Shown one piece after another: positions 10,901-24,331 of a stretch of 26,625 nt of DNA. Each line of letters begins with the position of its first letter. Positions within the stretch are counted from its first letter, which is position 1. Below the pieces are notes generated by a model. That model saw only the letters and a list, made by a program, of their open reading frames with translations, searched no databases and had not been told where the DNA came from. The position numbers and the translations under genes are program-made. Origin of the DNA: Utricularia gibba (taxonomy: Eukaryota > Plantae > Magnoliophyta); the NCBI GenBank assembly GCA_002189035.1, contig NEEC01000482.1, positions 1 to 26,625 of the forward strand, in the 5' to 3' direction.

Positions 10901-13900
10901 GATTCATGAGCACCCAAAATGGTTTTCTCAACGCATGCTTTATATTTGATAAGGCGCTCTCGTGGGGCAACGGTATCGAGCAGGAGGTCGAGTCGAGCTC
11001 GGCCCATAGTCATTTGTAGCCCGGCAAAAAATTGATGCATTTATTAACGTTGGTTTTATAGGCTGCCTACATAGTTTCTCAAGGAAAAGCTTGTCGTTTC
11101 TGGGCGGGTGATGTCGTTGGGAACTTCGTTCTGACCAAGGTTCGGTCTGACTCCTTTGCCACATCGGGTCCTACTCGACGAAAATCGTGATGCAGTTATT
11201 GAAGTTAGGATGTCATGAGCACCCAAAATGGTTTTCTCAACCGCATGCTTTATATTTGAGGAGGCGCTCTCGTGGGGCAACGGTATCGAGCAGGAGGTCG
11301 AGTCGAGCTCGGGCCCATAGTCATTTGTAGCTCGGCAAAAAATTGATGCATTTATTAACGTTGGTTTTAATAGGCTGCCTACATTTTAAGGAAAAGCTTG
11401 TCGTTTTTGGGCGGGTGATGTCGTTGTGAACTTCGTTCTGACCCAAGGTTCGGTCTGACTCCTTTGCCACATCGGGTCCTACTCGACGAAAATCGTGATG
11501 CAGTTATTGAAGTTAGGATCATGAGCACCCAAAATTTTTCTCAACCGCATGCTTTATATTTGATAGGCGCTCTCGTGGGGCAACGGTATCGAGCAGGAGG
11601 TCGAGTCGAGCTCGGGCCCATAGTCATTTGTAGCTCGGCAAAAAAATTGATGCATTTATTAACGTTGGTTTAATAGGCTGCCTACATGGTTTCTCAAGGA
11701 AAAGCTTGTCGTTTTTGGGCGGGTGATGTCGTTGTGAACTTCGTTCTGACCATAAGGTTCGGTCTGACTCCTTTGCCACATCGGGTCCTACTCGACGAAA
11801 ATCGATGCAGTTATTGAAGTTAGGATTCATGAGCACCCAAAATGGTTTTCTCAACCGCATGCTTTATATTTGATAAGGCGCTCTCGTGGGGCAACGGTAT
11901 CGAGCAGGAGGTCGAGTCGAGCTCGGGCCCATAGTCATTTGTAGCCCGGCAAAAATTGATGCATTTATTAACGTTGGTTTAATAGGCTGCCTACATGTTT
12001 CTCAAGGAAAAGCTTGTCGTTTTGGCGGGTGATGTCGTTGGGAACTTCGTTCTGACCAAGGTTCGGTCTGACTCCTTTGCCACATCGGGTCCTACTCGAC
12101 GAAAATCGTGATGCAGTTATTGAAGTTAGGATTCATGAGCACCCAAAATGGTTTTCTCAACCGCATGCTTTATATTTGATAAGGCGCTCTCGTGGGGCAA
12201 CGGTATCGAGCAGGAGGTCGAGTCGAGCTCGGGCCCAGAGTCATTTGTAGCCCGGCAAAAAATTGATGCATTTATTAACGTTGGTTTTATTAGGCTGCCT
12301 ACATGTTTCTCAAGGAAAAGCTTGTCGTTTCTGGGCGGGTGATGTCGTTGGGAACTTCGTTCGGACCCAAGGTTCTGTCTGACTCCTTTGCCACATCGGG
12401 TCCTACTCGACGAAAATCGTGATGCAGTTATTGAAGTTAGGATTCATGAGCACCCAAAATGGTTTTCTCAACCGCATGCTTTATATTTGAGGAGGCGCTC
12501 TCGTGGGCAACGGTATCGAGCAGGAGGTCGAGTCGAGCTCGGCCCATAGTCATTTGTAGCCGGCAAAAAAATTGATGCATTTATTAACGTTGGTTTTAAT
12601 AGGCTGCCTACATGTTTTCTCAAGGAAAAGCTTGTCGTTTTGGGCGGGTGATGTCGTTGGAACTTCGTTCTGACCAAGTTCGGTCTGACTCCTTTGCCAC
12701 ATCGGGTCCTACTCGACGAAAATCGTGATGCAGTTATTGAAGTTAGGATTCATGAGCACCCAAAATGGTTTTCTCAACCGCATGCTTTATATTTGATAAG
12801 GCGCTCTCGTGGGGCAACGGTATCGAGTAGGAGGTCGAGTCGAGCTCGGCCCATAGTCATTTGTAGCTCGGCAAAAAACTTGATGCATTTATTAACGTTG
12901 GTTTTAATAGGCTGCCTAATGTTTTCTCAAGGAAAAGCTTGTCGTTTTTGGGCGGGTGATGTCGTTGTGAACTTCGTTCTGACCAAGGTTCGGTCTGACT
13001 CCTTTGCCACATCGGGTCCTACTCGACGAAAATCGTGATGCAGTTATTGAAGTTAGGATTCATGAGCACCCAAAATGGTTTTCTCAACCGCATGCTTTAT
13101 ATTTGAGGAGGCGCTCTCGTGGGGCAACGGTATCGAGGGAGGTCGAGTCGAGCTCGGGCCCATAGTCATTTGTAGCTCGGCAAAAAACTTGATGCATTTA
13201 TTAACGTTGGTTTATAGGCTGCCTACATGGTTTTCTCAAGGAAAAGCTTGTCGTTTCTGGCGGGTGATGTCGTTGGGAACTTCGTTCGGACCCAAGGTTC
13301 GGTCTGACTCCTTTGCCAATCGGTCCTACTCGACGAAAATCGTGATGCAGTTATTGAAGTTAGGATTCATGAGCACCAAAATGGTTTTCTCAACCGCATG
13401 CTTTATATTTGATAAGGCGCTCTCGTGGGGCAACGGTATCGAGCAGGAGGTCGAGTCGAGCTCGGGCCCATAGTCATTTGTAGCTCGGCAAAAAACTTGA
13501 TGCATTTATTAACGTTGGTTTTAATAGGCTGCCTAAATGGTTTTCTCAAGGAAAAGCTTGTCGTTTTTGGGCGGGTGATGTCGTTGTGAACTTCGTTCTG
13601 ACCCAAGGTTCGGTCTGACTCTTTGCCAAATCGGTCCTACTCGACGAAAATCGTGATGCAGTTATTGAAGTTAGGATTTCATGAGCACCCAAAATGGTTT
13701 TTCAACCGCATGCTTTATATTTGAGGAGGCGCTCTCGTGGGGCAACGGTATCGAGCAGGAGGTCGAGTCGAGCTCGGGCCCATAGTCATTTGTAGCTCGG
13801 CAAAAAACTTGATGCATTTTAACGTTGGGTTTTAATAGTACATGTTTTCTCAAGGAAAAGCTTGTCGTTTTTGGGCGGGTGATGTCGTTGTGAACTTCGT

Positions 13901-16650
13901 TCTGACCAAGGTTCGGTCTGACTCCTTTGCCACATCGGGTCCTACTCGACGAAAATCGTGATGCAGTTATTGAAGTTAGGATTCATGAGCACCCAAAATG
14001 GTTTTCTCAACCGCATGCTTTATATTTGATAAGGCGCTCTCGTGGGGCAACGGTATCGAGCAGGAGGTCGAGTCGAGCTCGGCCCAGAGTCATTTGTAGC
14101 CGGCAAAAAAGATGCATTTATTAACGTTGGTTAATAGGCTGCCTACATGTTTTCTCAAGGAAAAGCTTGTCGTTTTGGGCGGGTGATGTCGTTGGGAACT
14201 TCGTTCTGACCCAAGGTTCGTCTGACTCCTTTGCCACATCGGGTCCTACTCGACGAAAATCGTGATGCAGTTATTGAAGTTAGGATTCATGAGCACCCAA
14301 AATGGTTTTCAACCGCATGCTTTATATTTGAGGAGGCGCTCTCGTGGGGCAACGGTATCGAGTAGGAGGTCGAGTCGAGCTCGGGCCCATAGTCATTTGT
14401 AGCTCGGCAAAAAACTTGATGCATTTATTAACGTTGGTTTTAATAGGCTGCCTACATGTTTTCTCAAGGAAAAGCTTGTCGTTTTGGGCGGGTGATGTCG
14501 TTGTGAACTTCGTTCTGACCCAAGGTTCGGTCTGACTCCTTTGCCACATCGGGTCCTACTCGACGAAAATCGTGATGCAGTTATTGAAGTTAGGATTTCA
14601 TGAGCACCCAAAATGGTTTTCTCAACCGCATGCTTTATATTTGATAAGGGCTCTCGTGGGGCAACGGTATCGAGTAGGAGGTCGAGTCGAGCTCGGGCCC
14701 ATAGTCATTTGTAGCTCGGCAAAAATTGATGCATTTATTAACGTTGGTTTTAATAGGCTGCCTACATGTTTTCTCAAGGAAAAGCTTGTCGTTTTTGGGC
14801 GGGTGATGTCGTTGGAACTTCGTTCTGACCCAAGGTTCGGTCTGACTCCTTTGCCACATCGGTCCTACTCGACGAAAATCGTGATGCAGTTATTGAAGTT
14901 AGGATTCATGAGCACCCAAAATGGTTTTCTCAACCGCATGCTTTATATTTGATAAGGCGCTCTCGTGGGGCAACGGTATCGAGTAGGAGGTCGAGTCGAG
15001 CTCGGGCCCATAGTCATTTGTAGCTCGGCAAAAAACTTGATGCATTTATTAACGTTGGTTTTAATAGGCTGCCTACATGGTTTTCTCAAGGAAAAGCTTG
15101 TCGTTTTTGGGCGGGTGATGTCGTTGTGGAACTTCGTTCTGACCAAGGTTCGGTCTGACTCCTTTGCCAATCGGGTCCTACTCGACGAAAATCGTGATGC
15201 AGTTATTGAAGTTAGGATTCATGAGCACCCAAAATGTTTTTTCTCAACCGCATGCTTTATATTTGCCTCTCGTGGGGCAACGGTATCGAGTAGGAGGTCG
15301 TCGAGCTCGGGCCCATAGTCATTTGTAGCTCGGCAAAAAACTTGATGCATTTATTAACGTTGGTTTTAATAGGCTGCCTACATGGTTTCTCAAGGAAAAG
15401 CTTGTCGTTTTGGCGGGTGATGTCGTTGGGAACTTCGTTCTGACCAAGGTTCGTCTGACTCCTTTGCCACATCGGTCCTACTCGACGAAAAATCGTGATG
15501 CAGTTATTGAAGTTAGGATTCATGAGCACCCAAAATGGTTTTCTCAACCGCATGCTTTATATTTGATAGGCGCTCTCGTGGGGCAACGGTATCGAGCAGG
15601 TCGAGTCGAGCTCGGGCCCATAGTCATTTGTAGCTCGGCAAAAAATTTGATGCATTTATTAACGTTGGTTTAATAGGCTGCCTACATGGTTTTCTCAAGG
15701 AAAAGCTTGTCGTTTTTGGGCGGTGATGTCGTTGAACTTCGTTCTGACCCAAGGTTCGGTCTGTCCTTTTGCCAAATCTGGTCCTACTCGACGAAAATCG
15801 TGATGCAGTTATTGAAGTTAGGATTTCATGAGCACCCAAAATGGTTTTTCAATCGCATGCTTTGTATTGAGGAGGCGCTCTAGTGGGGCACGGTATCGGG
15901 CAGGTCGAGTCGGGCTCGCCCCAGAGTCATTTTTAGCCCAAAAAAATGATGCATTTATTAACGTTGGGTTTTAATAGGCTGCCTACATGGTTTCTCAAGG
16001 AAAAGCTTGTCGTTTCTGGGGGGTGATGTCTTTGGAACTTCGTTCTGACCATAGGTTCGGTCTGACTCCTTTGCCACATCGGGTCCTACTCGACGAAAAT
16101 CGTGATGCAGTTATTGAAGTTAGGATTCATGAGCACCAAAATGGTTTTCTCAACCGCATGCTTTATATTTGATAGGCGCTCTCGTGGGGCAACGGTATCG
16201 AGCAGGGTCGAGTCGAGCTCGGGCCCATAGTCATTTGTAGCCGGCAAAAAACTTGATGCATTTATTAACGTTGGTTTTTAATAGGCTGCCTACATGTTTT
16301 CTCAAGGAAAAGCTTGTCGTTTTGGGCGGGTGATGTCGTTTGAACTTCGTTCTGACCCAAGGTTCGGTCTGTCTCCTTTGCCAAATCGGTCCTACTCGAC
16401 GAAAATCGTGATGCAGTTATTGAAGTTAGGATTTCATGAGCACCCAAAATGGTTTTCTCAACCGCATGCTTTATATTTGATAAGGCGCTCTCGTGGGGCA
16501 ACGGTATCGAGCAGGAGGTCGAGTCGAGCTCGGGCCCAGAGTCATTTGTAGCCCGGCAAAATTGATGCATTTATTAACGTTGGCTTTATTAGGCTGCCTA
16601 CATAGTTTCTCAAGGAAAAGCTTGTCGTTTCTGGCGGGTGATGTCGTTGG

Positions 16651-19600
16651 GAACTTCGTTCGGACCCAAGGTTCTGTCTGACTCCTTTGCCACATCGGGT
16701 CCTACTCGACGAAAATCGTGATGCAGTTATTGAAGTTAGGATTCATGAGCACCCAAAATGGTTTTCTCAACCGCATGCTTTATATTTGAGGAGGCGCTCT
16801 CGTGGGGCAACGGTATCGAGCAGGAGGTCGAGTCGAGCTCGGGCCCATAGTCATTTGTAGCTCGGCAAAAAACTTGATGCATTTATTAACGTTGGTTTTA
16901 ATAGGCTGCCTACATGTTTTCTCAAGGAAAAGCTTGTCGTTTTTGGGCGGGTGATGTCGTTGTGAACTTCGTTCTGACCCAAGGTTCGGTCTGACTCCTT
17001 TGCCACATCGGGTCCTACTCGACGAAAATCGTGATGCAGTTATTGAAGTTAGGATTTCATGAGCACCCAAAATGGTTTTCTCAACCGCATGCTTTATATT
17101 TGATAAGGCGCTCTCGTGGGCAACGGTATCGAGTAGGAGGTCGAGTCGAGCTCGGGCCCATAGTCATTTGTAGCCCAAAAAATTGATGCATTTATTAACG
17201 TTGGTTTAGGCTGCCTACATGGTTTCTCAAGGAAAAGCTTGTCGTTTTTGGGCGGGTGATGTCGTTGGAACTTCGTTCTGACCCAAGGTTCGGTCTGACT
17301 CCTTTGCACATCGGTCCTACTCGACGAAAATCGTGATGCAGTTATTGAAGTTAGGATTCATGAGCACCCAAAATGGTTTTCTCAACGCATGCTTATTGAG
17401 GAGGCGCTCTCGTGGGGCACGGTATCGGCAAAGGTCGAGTCGAGCTCGTTTTGTAGCCGGCAAAAAATTGATGCATTTATTAACGTTGGTTTAATAGGCT
17501 GCCTACATGGTTTCTCAAGGAAAAGCTTGTCGTTTCTGGGCGGGTGATGTCTTTGGAACTTCGTTCTGACCAAGGTTCGGTCTGACTCCTTTGCCACATC
17601 GGGTCCTACTCGACGAAAATCGTGATGCAGTTATTGAAGTTAGGATTCATGAGCACCCAAAATGGTTTTCTCAACCGCATGCTTTATATTTGAGGAGGCG
17701 CTCTCGTGGGGCAACGGTATCGAGCAGGAGGTCGAGTCGAGCTCGGGCCATAGTCATTTGTAGCTCGGCAAAAAATTGATGCATTTATTAACGTTGGGTT
17801 TTAATAGGCCTACATGTTTTCTCAAGGAAAAGCTTGTCGTTTTTGGGCGGGTGATGTCGTTGGAACTTCGTTCTGACCAAGGTTCGGTCTGACTCCTTTG
17901 CCACATCGGGTCCTACTCGACGAAAATCGTGATGCAGTTATTGAAGTTAGGATTCATGAGCACCCAAAATGGTTTTCTCAACCGCATGCTTTATATTTGA
18001 TAAGGTGCTCTCGTGGGGCAACGGTATCGAGTAGGAGGTCGAGTCGAGCTCGGGCCCATAGTCATTTGTAGCTCGGCAAAAAACTTGATGCATTTATTAA
18101 CGTTGGTTTTAATAGGCTGCCTATGGTTTTCTCAAGGAAAAGCTTGTCGTTTTTGGCGGGTGATGTCGTTGTGAACTTCGTTCTGACCCAAGGTTCGGTC
18201 TGTCTCCTTTGCCAAATCGGTCCTACTCGACGAAAATCGTGATGCAGTTATTGAAGTTAGGATTTCATGAGCACCCAAAATGGTTTTCTCAACCGCATGC
18301 TTTATATTTGAGGAGGCGCTCTCGTGGGGCAACGGTATCGAGCAGGAGGTCGAGTCGAGCTCGGGCCCAGAGTCATTTGTAGCCCGGCAAAAAATTGATG
18401 CATTTATTAACGTTGGGTTTTATAGGCTGCCTACATGTTTCTCAAGGAAAAGCTTGTCGTTTTGGCGGGTGATGTCGTTGGGAACTTCGTTCTGACCCAA
18501 GGTTCGTCTGACTCCTTTGCCACATCGGGTCCTACTCGACGAAAATCGTGATGCAGTTATTGAAGTTAGGATTCATGAGCACCCAAAATGGTTTTCTCAA
18601 CCGCATGCTTTATATTTGAGGAGGCGCTCTCGTGGGGCAACGGTATCGAGCAGGAGGTCGAGTCGAGCTCGGGCCCATAGTCATTTGTAGCTCGGCAAAA
18701 AACTTGATGCATTAATTAACGTTGGGTTTTAATAGGCTGCCTACATGTTTTCTCAAGGAAAAGCTTGTCGTTTTTGGGCGGGTGATGTCGTTGTGAACTT
18801 CGTTCTGACCCAAGTTCGGTCTGACTCCTTTGCCACATCGGGTCCTACTCGACGAAAATCGTGATGCAGTTATTGAAGTTAGGATTCATGAGCACCCAAA
18901 ATGGTTTTCAACCGCATGCTTTATATTTGATAAGGCTCTCGTGGGGCAACGGTATCGAGTAGGAGGTCGAGTCGAGCTCGGGCCCATAGTCATTTGTAGC
19001 TCGGCAAAAAAATTGATGCATTTATTAACGTTGGTTTTAATAGGCTGCCTACATGGTTTCTCAAGGAAAAGCTTGTCGTTTTTGGGCGGGTGATGTCGTT
19101 GTGAACTTCGTTCTGACCCAAGGTTCGGTCTGACTCCTTTGCCAAATCGGTCCTACTCGACGAAAATCGTGATGCAGTTATTGAAGTTAGGATTCATGAG
19201 CACCCAAAATGGTTTTCAACGCATGCTTTATATTTGAGGAGGCGCTCTCGTGGGGCAACGGTATCGGGCAGGTCGAGTCGAGCTCGGCCCAGAGTCATTT
19301 TTAGCCGGCAAAAAATGATGCATTTATTAACGTTGGTTTTAATAGGCTGCCTACATGGTTTCTCAAGGAAAAGCTTGTCGTTTCTGGGCGGGTGATGTCT
19401 TTTGGAACTTCGTTCTGACCCAAGGTTCGGTCTGACTCCTTTGCCACATCGGGTCCTACTCGACGAAAATCGTGATGCAGTTATTGAAGTTAGGATCATG
19501 AGCACCCAAAATGGTTTTCTCAACCGCATGCTTTATATTTGATAGGCGCTCTCGTGGGGCAACGGTATCGAGCAGGAGGTCGAGTCGAGCTCGGGCCCAT

Positions 19601-20330
19601 AGTCATTTGTAGCTCGGCAAAAAACTTGATGCATTTATTAACGTTGGGTTTTAATAGGCTGCCTACATGTTTTCTCAAGGAAAAGCTTGTCGTTTTTGGG
19701 CGGGTGATGTCGTTGGAACTTCGTTCTGACCCAAGGTTCGGTCTGACTCCTTTGCCACATCGGGTCCTACTCGACGAAAATCGTGATGCAGTTATTGAAG
19801 TTAGGATTCATGAGCACCCAAAATGGTTTTCTCAACCGCATGCTTTATATTTGATAAGGCGCTCTCGTGGGGCAACGGTATCGAGTAGGAGGTCGAGTCG
19901 AGCTCGGGCCCATAGTCATTTGTAGCTCGGCAAAAAACTTGATGCATTTATTAACGTTGGTTTTAATAGGCTGCCTACATGGTTTCTCAAGGAAAAGCTT
20001 GTCGTTTTTGGGCGGGTGATGTCGTTGTGAACTTCGTTCTGACCCAAGGTTCGGTCTGACTCCTTTGCCATCGGTCCTACTCGACGAAAATCGTGATGCA
20101 GTTATTGAAGTTAGGATTTCATGAGCACCCAAAATGGTTTTCTCAACCGCATGCTTTATATTTGAGGAGGCGCTCTCGTGGGGCAACGGTATCGAGCAAA
20201 GGTCGAGTCGAGCTCGCCCAGAGTCATTTTTAGCCCAAAAAAATGATGCATTTATTAACGTTGGTTTTAATAGGCTGCCTACATGGTTTCTCAAGGAAAA
20301 GCTTGTCGTTTGGGCGGGTGATGTCTTTTG
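16651..20330. repeat. 3-monomer higher-order repeat, four consecutive units (905, 926, 923, 926 bp)
   Basis: The order repeats as plain monomer / ATAAGG+GAGTAGG monomer / X-type monomer. GAGTAGG lies at 17131, 18029, 18957 and 19883. X-type CCCAGAG lies at 18366, 19288 and 20217; in the first unit that segment is deleted. Confidence 0.8.
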
Positions 20331-23300
20331 GAACTTCGTTCTGACCAAGGTTCGGTCTGACTCCTTTGCCACATCGGGTCCTACTCGACGAAAATCGTGA
20401 TGCAGTTATTGAAGTTAGGATTCATGAGCACCCAAAATGGTTTCTCAACCGCATGCTTTATATTTGATAGGCGCTCTCGTGGGGCAACGGTATCGAGCAG
20501 GAGGTCGAGTCGAGCTCGGCCCATAGTCATTTGTAGCTCGGCAAAAAACTTGATGCATTTATTAACGTTGGGTTTAATAGGCTGCCTACATGTTTTCTCA
20601 AGGAAAAGCTTGTCGTTTTTGGGCGGGTGATGTCGTTGTGAACTTCGTTCTGACCAAGGTTCGGTCTGACTCCTTTGCCACATCGGTCCTACTCGACGAA
20701 AATCGTGATGCAGTTATTGAAGTTAGGATTCATGAGCACCCAAAATGGTTTTCTCAACCGCATGCTTTATATTTGAGGAGGCGCTCTCGTGGGGCAACGG
20801 TATCGAGCAGGAGGTCGAGTCGAGCTCGGGCCCATAGTCATTTGTAGCCGGCAAAAAACTTGATGCATTTATTAACGTTGGGTTTTAATAGGCTGCCTAC
20901 ATGTTTTCTCAAGGAAAAGCTTGTCGTTTTGGGCGGGTGATGTCGTTGTGAAACTTCGTTCTGACCAAGGTTCGGTCTGACTCCTTTGCCACATCGGGTC
21001 CTACTCGACGAAAATCGTGATGCAGTTATTGAAGTTAGGATTCATGAGCACCCAAAATGGTTTTCTCAACCGCATGCTTTATTTGATAAGGCGCTCTCGT
21101 GGGGCAACGGTATCGAGCAGGAGGTCGAGTCGAGCTCGGCCCATAGTCATTTGTAGCTCGGCAAAAAACTTGATGCATTTATTAACGTTGGTTTTAATAG
21201 GCTGCCTACATGGTTTCTCAAGGAAAAGCTTGTCGTTTTTGGCGGGTGATGTCGTTGTGAACTTCGTTCTGACCCAAGGTTCGGTCTGTCTCCTTTGCCA
21301 AATCGGTCCTACTCGACGAAAATCGTGATGCAGTTATTGAAGTTAGGATTTCATGAGCACCCAAAATGCTTTTCAACGCATGCTTTATATTGAGGAGGCG
21401 CTCTCGTGGGGCAACGGTATCGAGCAGGTCGAGTCGAGCTCGGCCCAGAGTCATTTGTAGCCGGCAAAAAATGATGCATTTATTAACGTTGGGTTTTAAT
21501 AGGCTGCCTACATGGTTTCTCAAGGAAAAGCTTGTCGTTTCTGGGCGGGTGATGTCTTTGGAACTTCGTTCTGACCAAGGTTCGGTCTGACTCCTTTGCC
21601 ACATCGGGTCCTACTCGACGAAAATCGTGATGCAGTTATTGAAGTTAGGATTCATGAGCACCCAAAATGGTTTTCTCAACCGCATGCTTTATATTTGAGG
21701 AGGCGCTCTCGTGGGGCAACGGTATCGAGCAGGAGGTCGAGTCGAGCTCGGGCCCATAGTCATTTGTAGCTCGGCAAAAAACTTGATGCATTTATTAACG
21801 TTGGTTTTAATAGGCTGCCTACATGGTTTCTCAAGGAAAAGCTTGTCGTTTTTGGGCGGGTGATGTCGTTGTGAACTTCGTTCTGACCCAAGTTCGGTCT
21901 GACTCCTTTGCCACATCGGGTCCTACTCGACGAAAATCGTGATGCAGTTATTGAAGTTAGGATTCATGAGCACCCAAAATGGTTTTCTCAACGGCTTTAT
22001 ATTTGATAAGGCGCTCTCGTGGGGCAACGGTATCGAGCAGGAGGTCGAGTCGAGCTCGGCCCATAGTCATTTGTAGCCGGCAAAAAACTTGATGCATTTA
22101 TTAACGTTGGTTTTAATAGGCTGCCTACATGGTTTTCAAGGAAAAGCTTGTCGTTTTTGGGCGGTGATGTCGTTGTGAACTTCGTTCTGACCCAAGGTTC
22201 GGTCTGACTCCTTTGCCACATCGGGTCCTACTCGACGAAAATCGTGATGCAGTTATTGAAGTTAGGATTCATGAGCACCCAAAATGGTTTTCTCAACCGC
22301 ATGCTTTATATTTGATAAGGCGCTCTCGTGGGGCAACGGTATCGAGCAGGAGGTCGAGTCGAGCTCGGGCCCATAGTCATTTGTAGCTCGGCAAAAAACT
22401 TGATGCATTTATTAACGTTGGTTTTAATAGGCTGCCTACATGGTTTTCAAGGAAAAGCTTGTCGTTTTTGGGCGGGTGATGTCGTTGTGAACTTCGTTCT
22501 GACCCAAGGTTCGGTCTGACTCCTTTGCCACATCGGGTCCTACTCGACGAAAATCGTGATGCAGTTATTGAAGTTAGGATTTCATGAGCACCCAAAATGG
22601 TTTTCTCAACGCATGCTTTATATTTGAGGAGGCTCTCGTGGGGCAACGGTATCGAGCAGGAGGTCGAGTCGAGCTCGGGCCCAGAGTCATTTGTAGCCGG
22701 CAAAAAAATTGATGCATTTATTAACGTTGGTTTTATTAGGCTGCCTACATGTTTCTCAAGGAAAAGCTTGTCGTTTTGCGGTGATGTCTTTTGGAACTTC
22801 GTTCTGACCAAGGTTCGGTCTGACTCCTTTGCCACATCGGGTCCTACTCGACGAAAATCGTGATGCAGTTATTGAAGTTAGGATTCATGAGCACCCAAAA
22901 TGGTTTTCTCAACCGCATGCTTTATATTTGATAAGGCTCTCGTGGGCAACGGTATCGAGCAGAGGTCGAGTCGAGCTCGGGCCCAGAGTCATTTGTAGCC
23001 CGGCAAAAAATTGATGCATTTATTAACGTTGGCTTATTAGGCTGCCTACATAGTTTCTCAAGGAAAAGCTTGTCGTTTCTGGCGGGTGATGTCGTTGGAA
23101 CTTCGTTCTGACCAAGGTTCGGTCTGACTCCTTTGCCACATCGGTCCTACTCGACGAAAATCGTGATGCAGTTATTGAAGTTAGGATTCATGAGCACCCA
23201 AAATGGTTTTCTCAACCGCATGCTTTATATTTGATAAGGCGCTCTCGTGGGGCAACGGTATCGAGCAGGAGGTCGAGTCGAGCTCGGGCCCATAGTCATT

Positions 23301-24331
23301 TGTAGCTCGGCAAAAAACTTGATGCATTTATTAACGTTGGGTTTTAATAGGCCTACATTGTTTTCTCAAGGAAAAGCTTGTCGTTTTTGGCGGGGTGATG
23401 TCGTTGTGAACTTCGTTCTGACCAAGGTTCGTCTGTCTCCTTTGCCACATCGGTCCCTACTCGACGAAAATCGTGATGCAGTTATTGAAGTTAGGATTTC
23501 ATGAGCACCCAAAATGGTTTTCTCAACCGCATGCTTTATATTTGAGGAGGCGCTCTCGTGGGGCAACGGTATCGAGCAGGAGGTCGAGTCGAGCTCGGGC
23601 CCAGAGTCATTTGTAGCCGGCAAAAATTGATGCATTTATTAACGTTGGTTTTTAGGCTGCCTACATGTTTCTCAAGGAAAAGCTTGTCGTTTCTGGGCGG
23701 TGATGTCGTTGGGAACTTCGTTCTGACCCAAGGTTCGTCTGACTCCTTTGCCACATCGGTCCTACTCGACGAAAATCGTGATGCAGTTATTGAAGTTAGG
23801 ATTCATGAGCACCCAAAATGGTTTTCTCAACCGCATGCTTTATATTTGAGGAGGCGCTCTCGTGGGGCAACGGTATCGAGCAGGAGGTCGAGTCGAGCTC
23901 GGGCCCATAGTCATTTTAGCTCGGCAAAAAAACTTGATGCATTTATTAACGTTGGGTTTTAATAGGCTGCCTACATGTTTTCTCAAGGAAAAGCTTGTCG
24001 TTTTTGGGCGGTGATGTCGTTGGAACTTCGTTCTGACCCAAGGTTCGGTCTGACTCCTTTGCCAAATCGGTCCTACTCGACGAAAATCGTGATGCAGTTA
24101 TTGAAGTTAGGATTTCATGAGCACCCAAAATGGTTTTCTCAACCGCATGCTTTATATTTGAGGAGGCGCTCTCGTGGGCAACGGTATCGAGCAGGAGGTC
24201 GAGTCGAGCTCGGGCCCAGAGTCATTTGTAGCCCGGCAAAAAATTGATGCATTTATTAACGTTGGTTTATTAGGCTGCCTACATGTTTCTCAAGGAAAAG
24301 CTTGTCGTTTCTGGGCGGGTGATGTCGTTGG

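Noticed and set aside
4631-16034. D monomers spaced at multiples of four (monomers 16, 20, 32, 52), suggesting a 4-mer period
   Set aside because: Only three intervals, the intervening expected positions are not D-like, and the lag-6/12 pattern explains the left block better.
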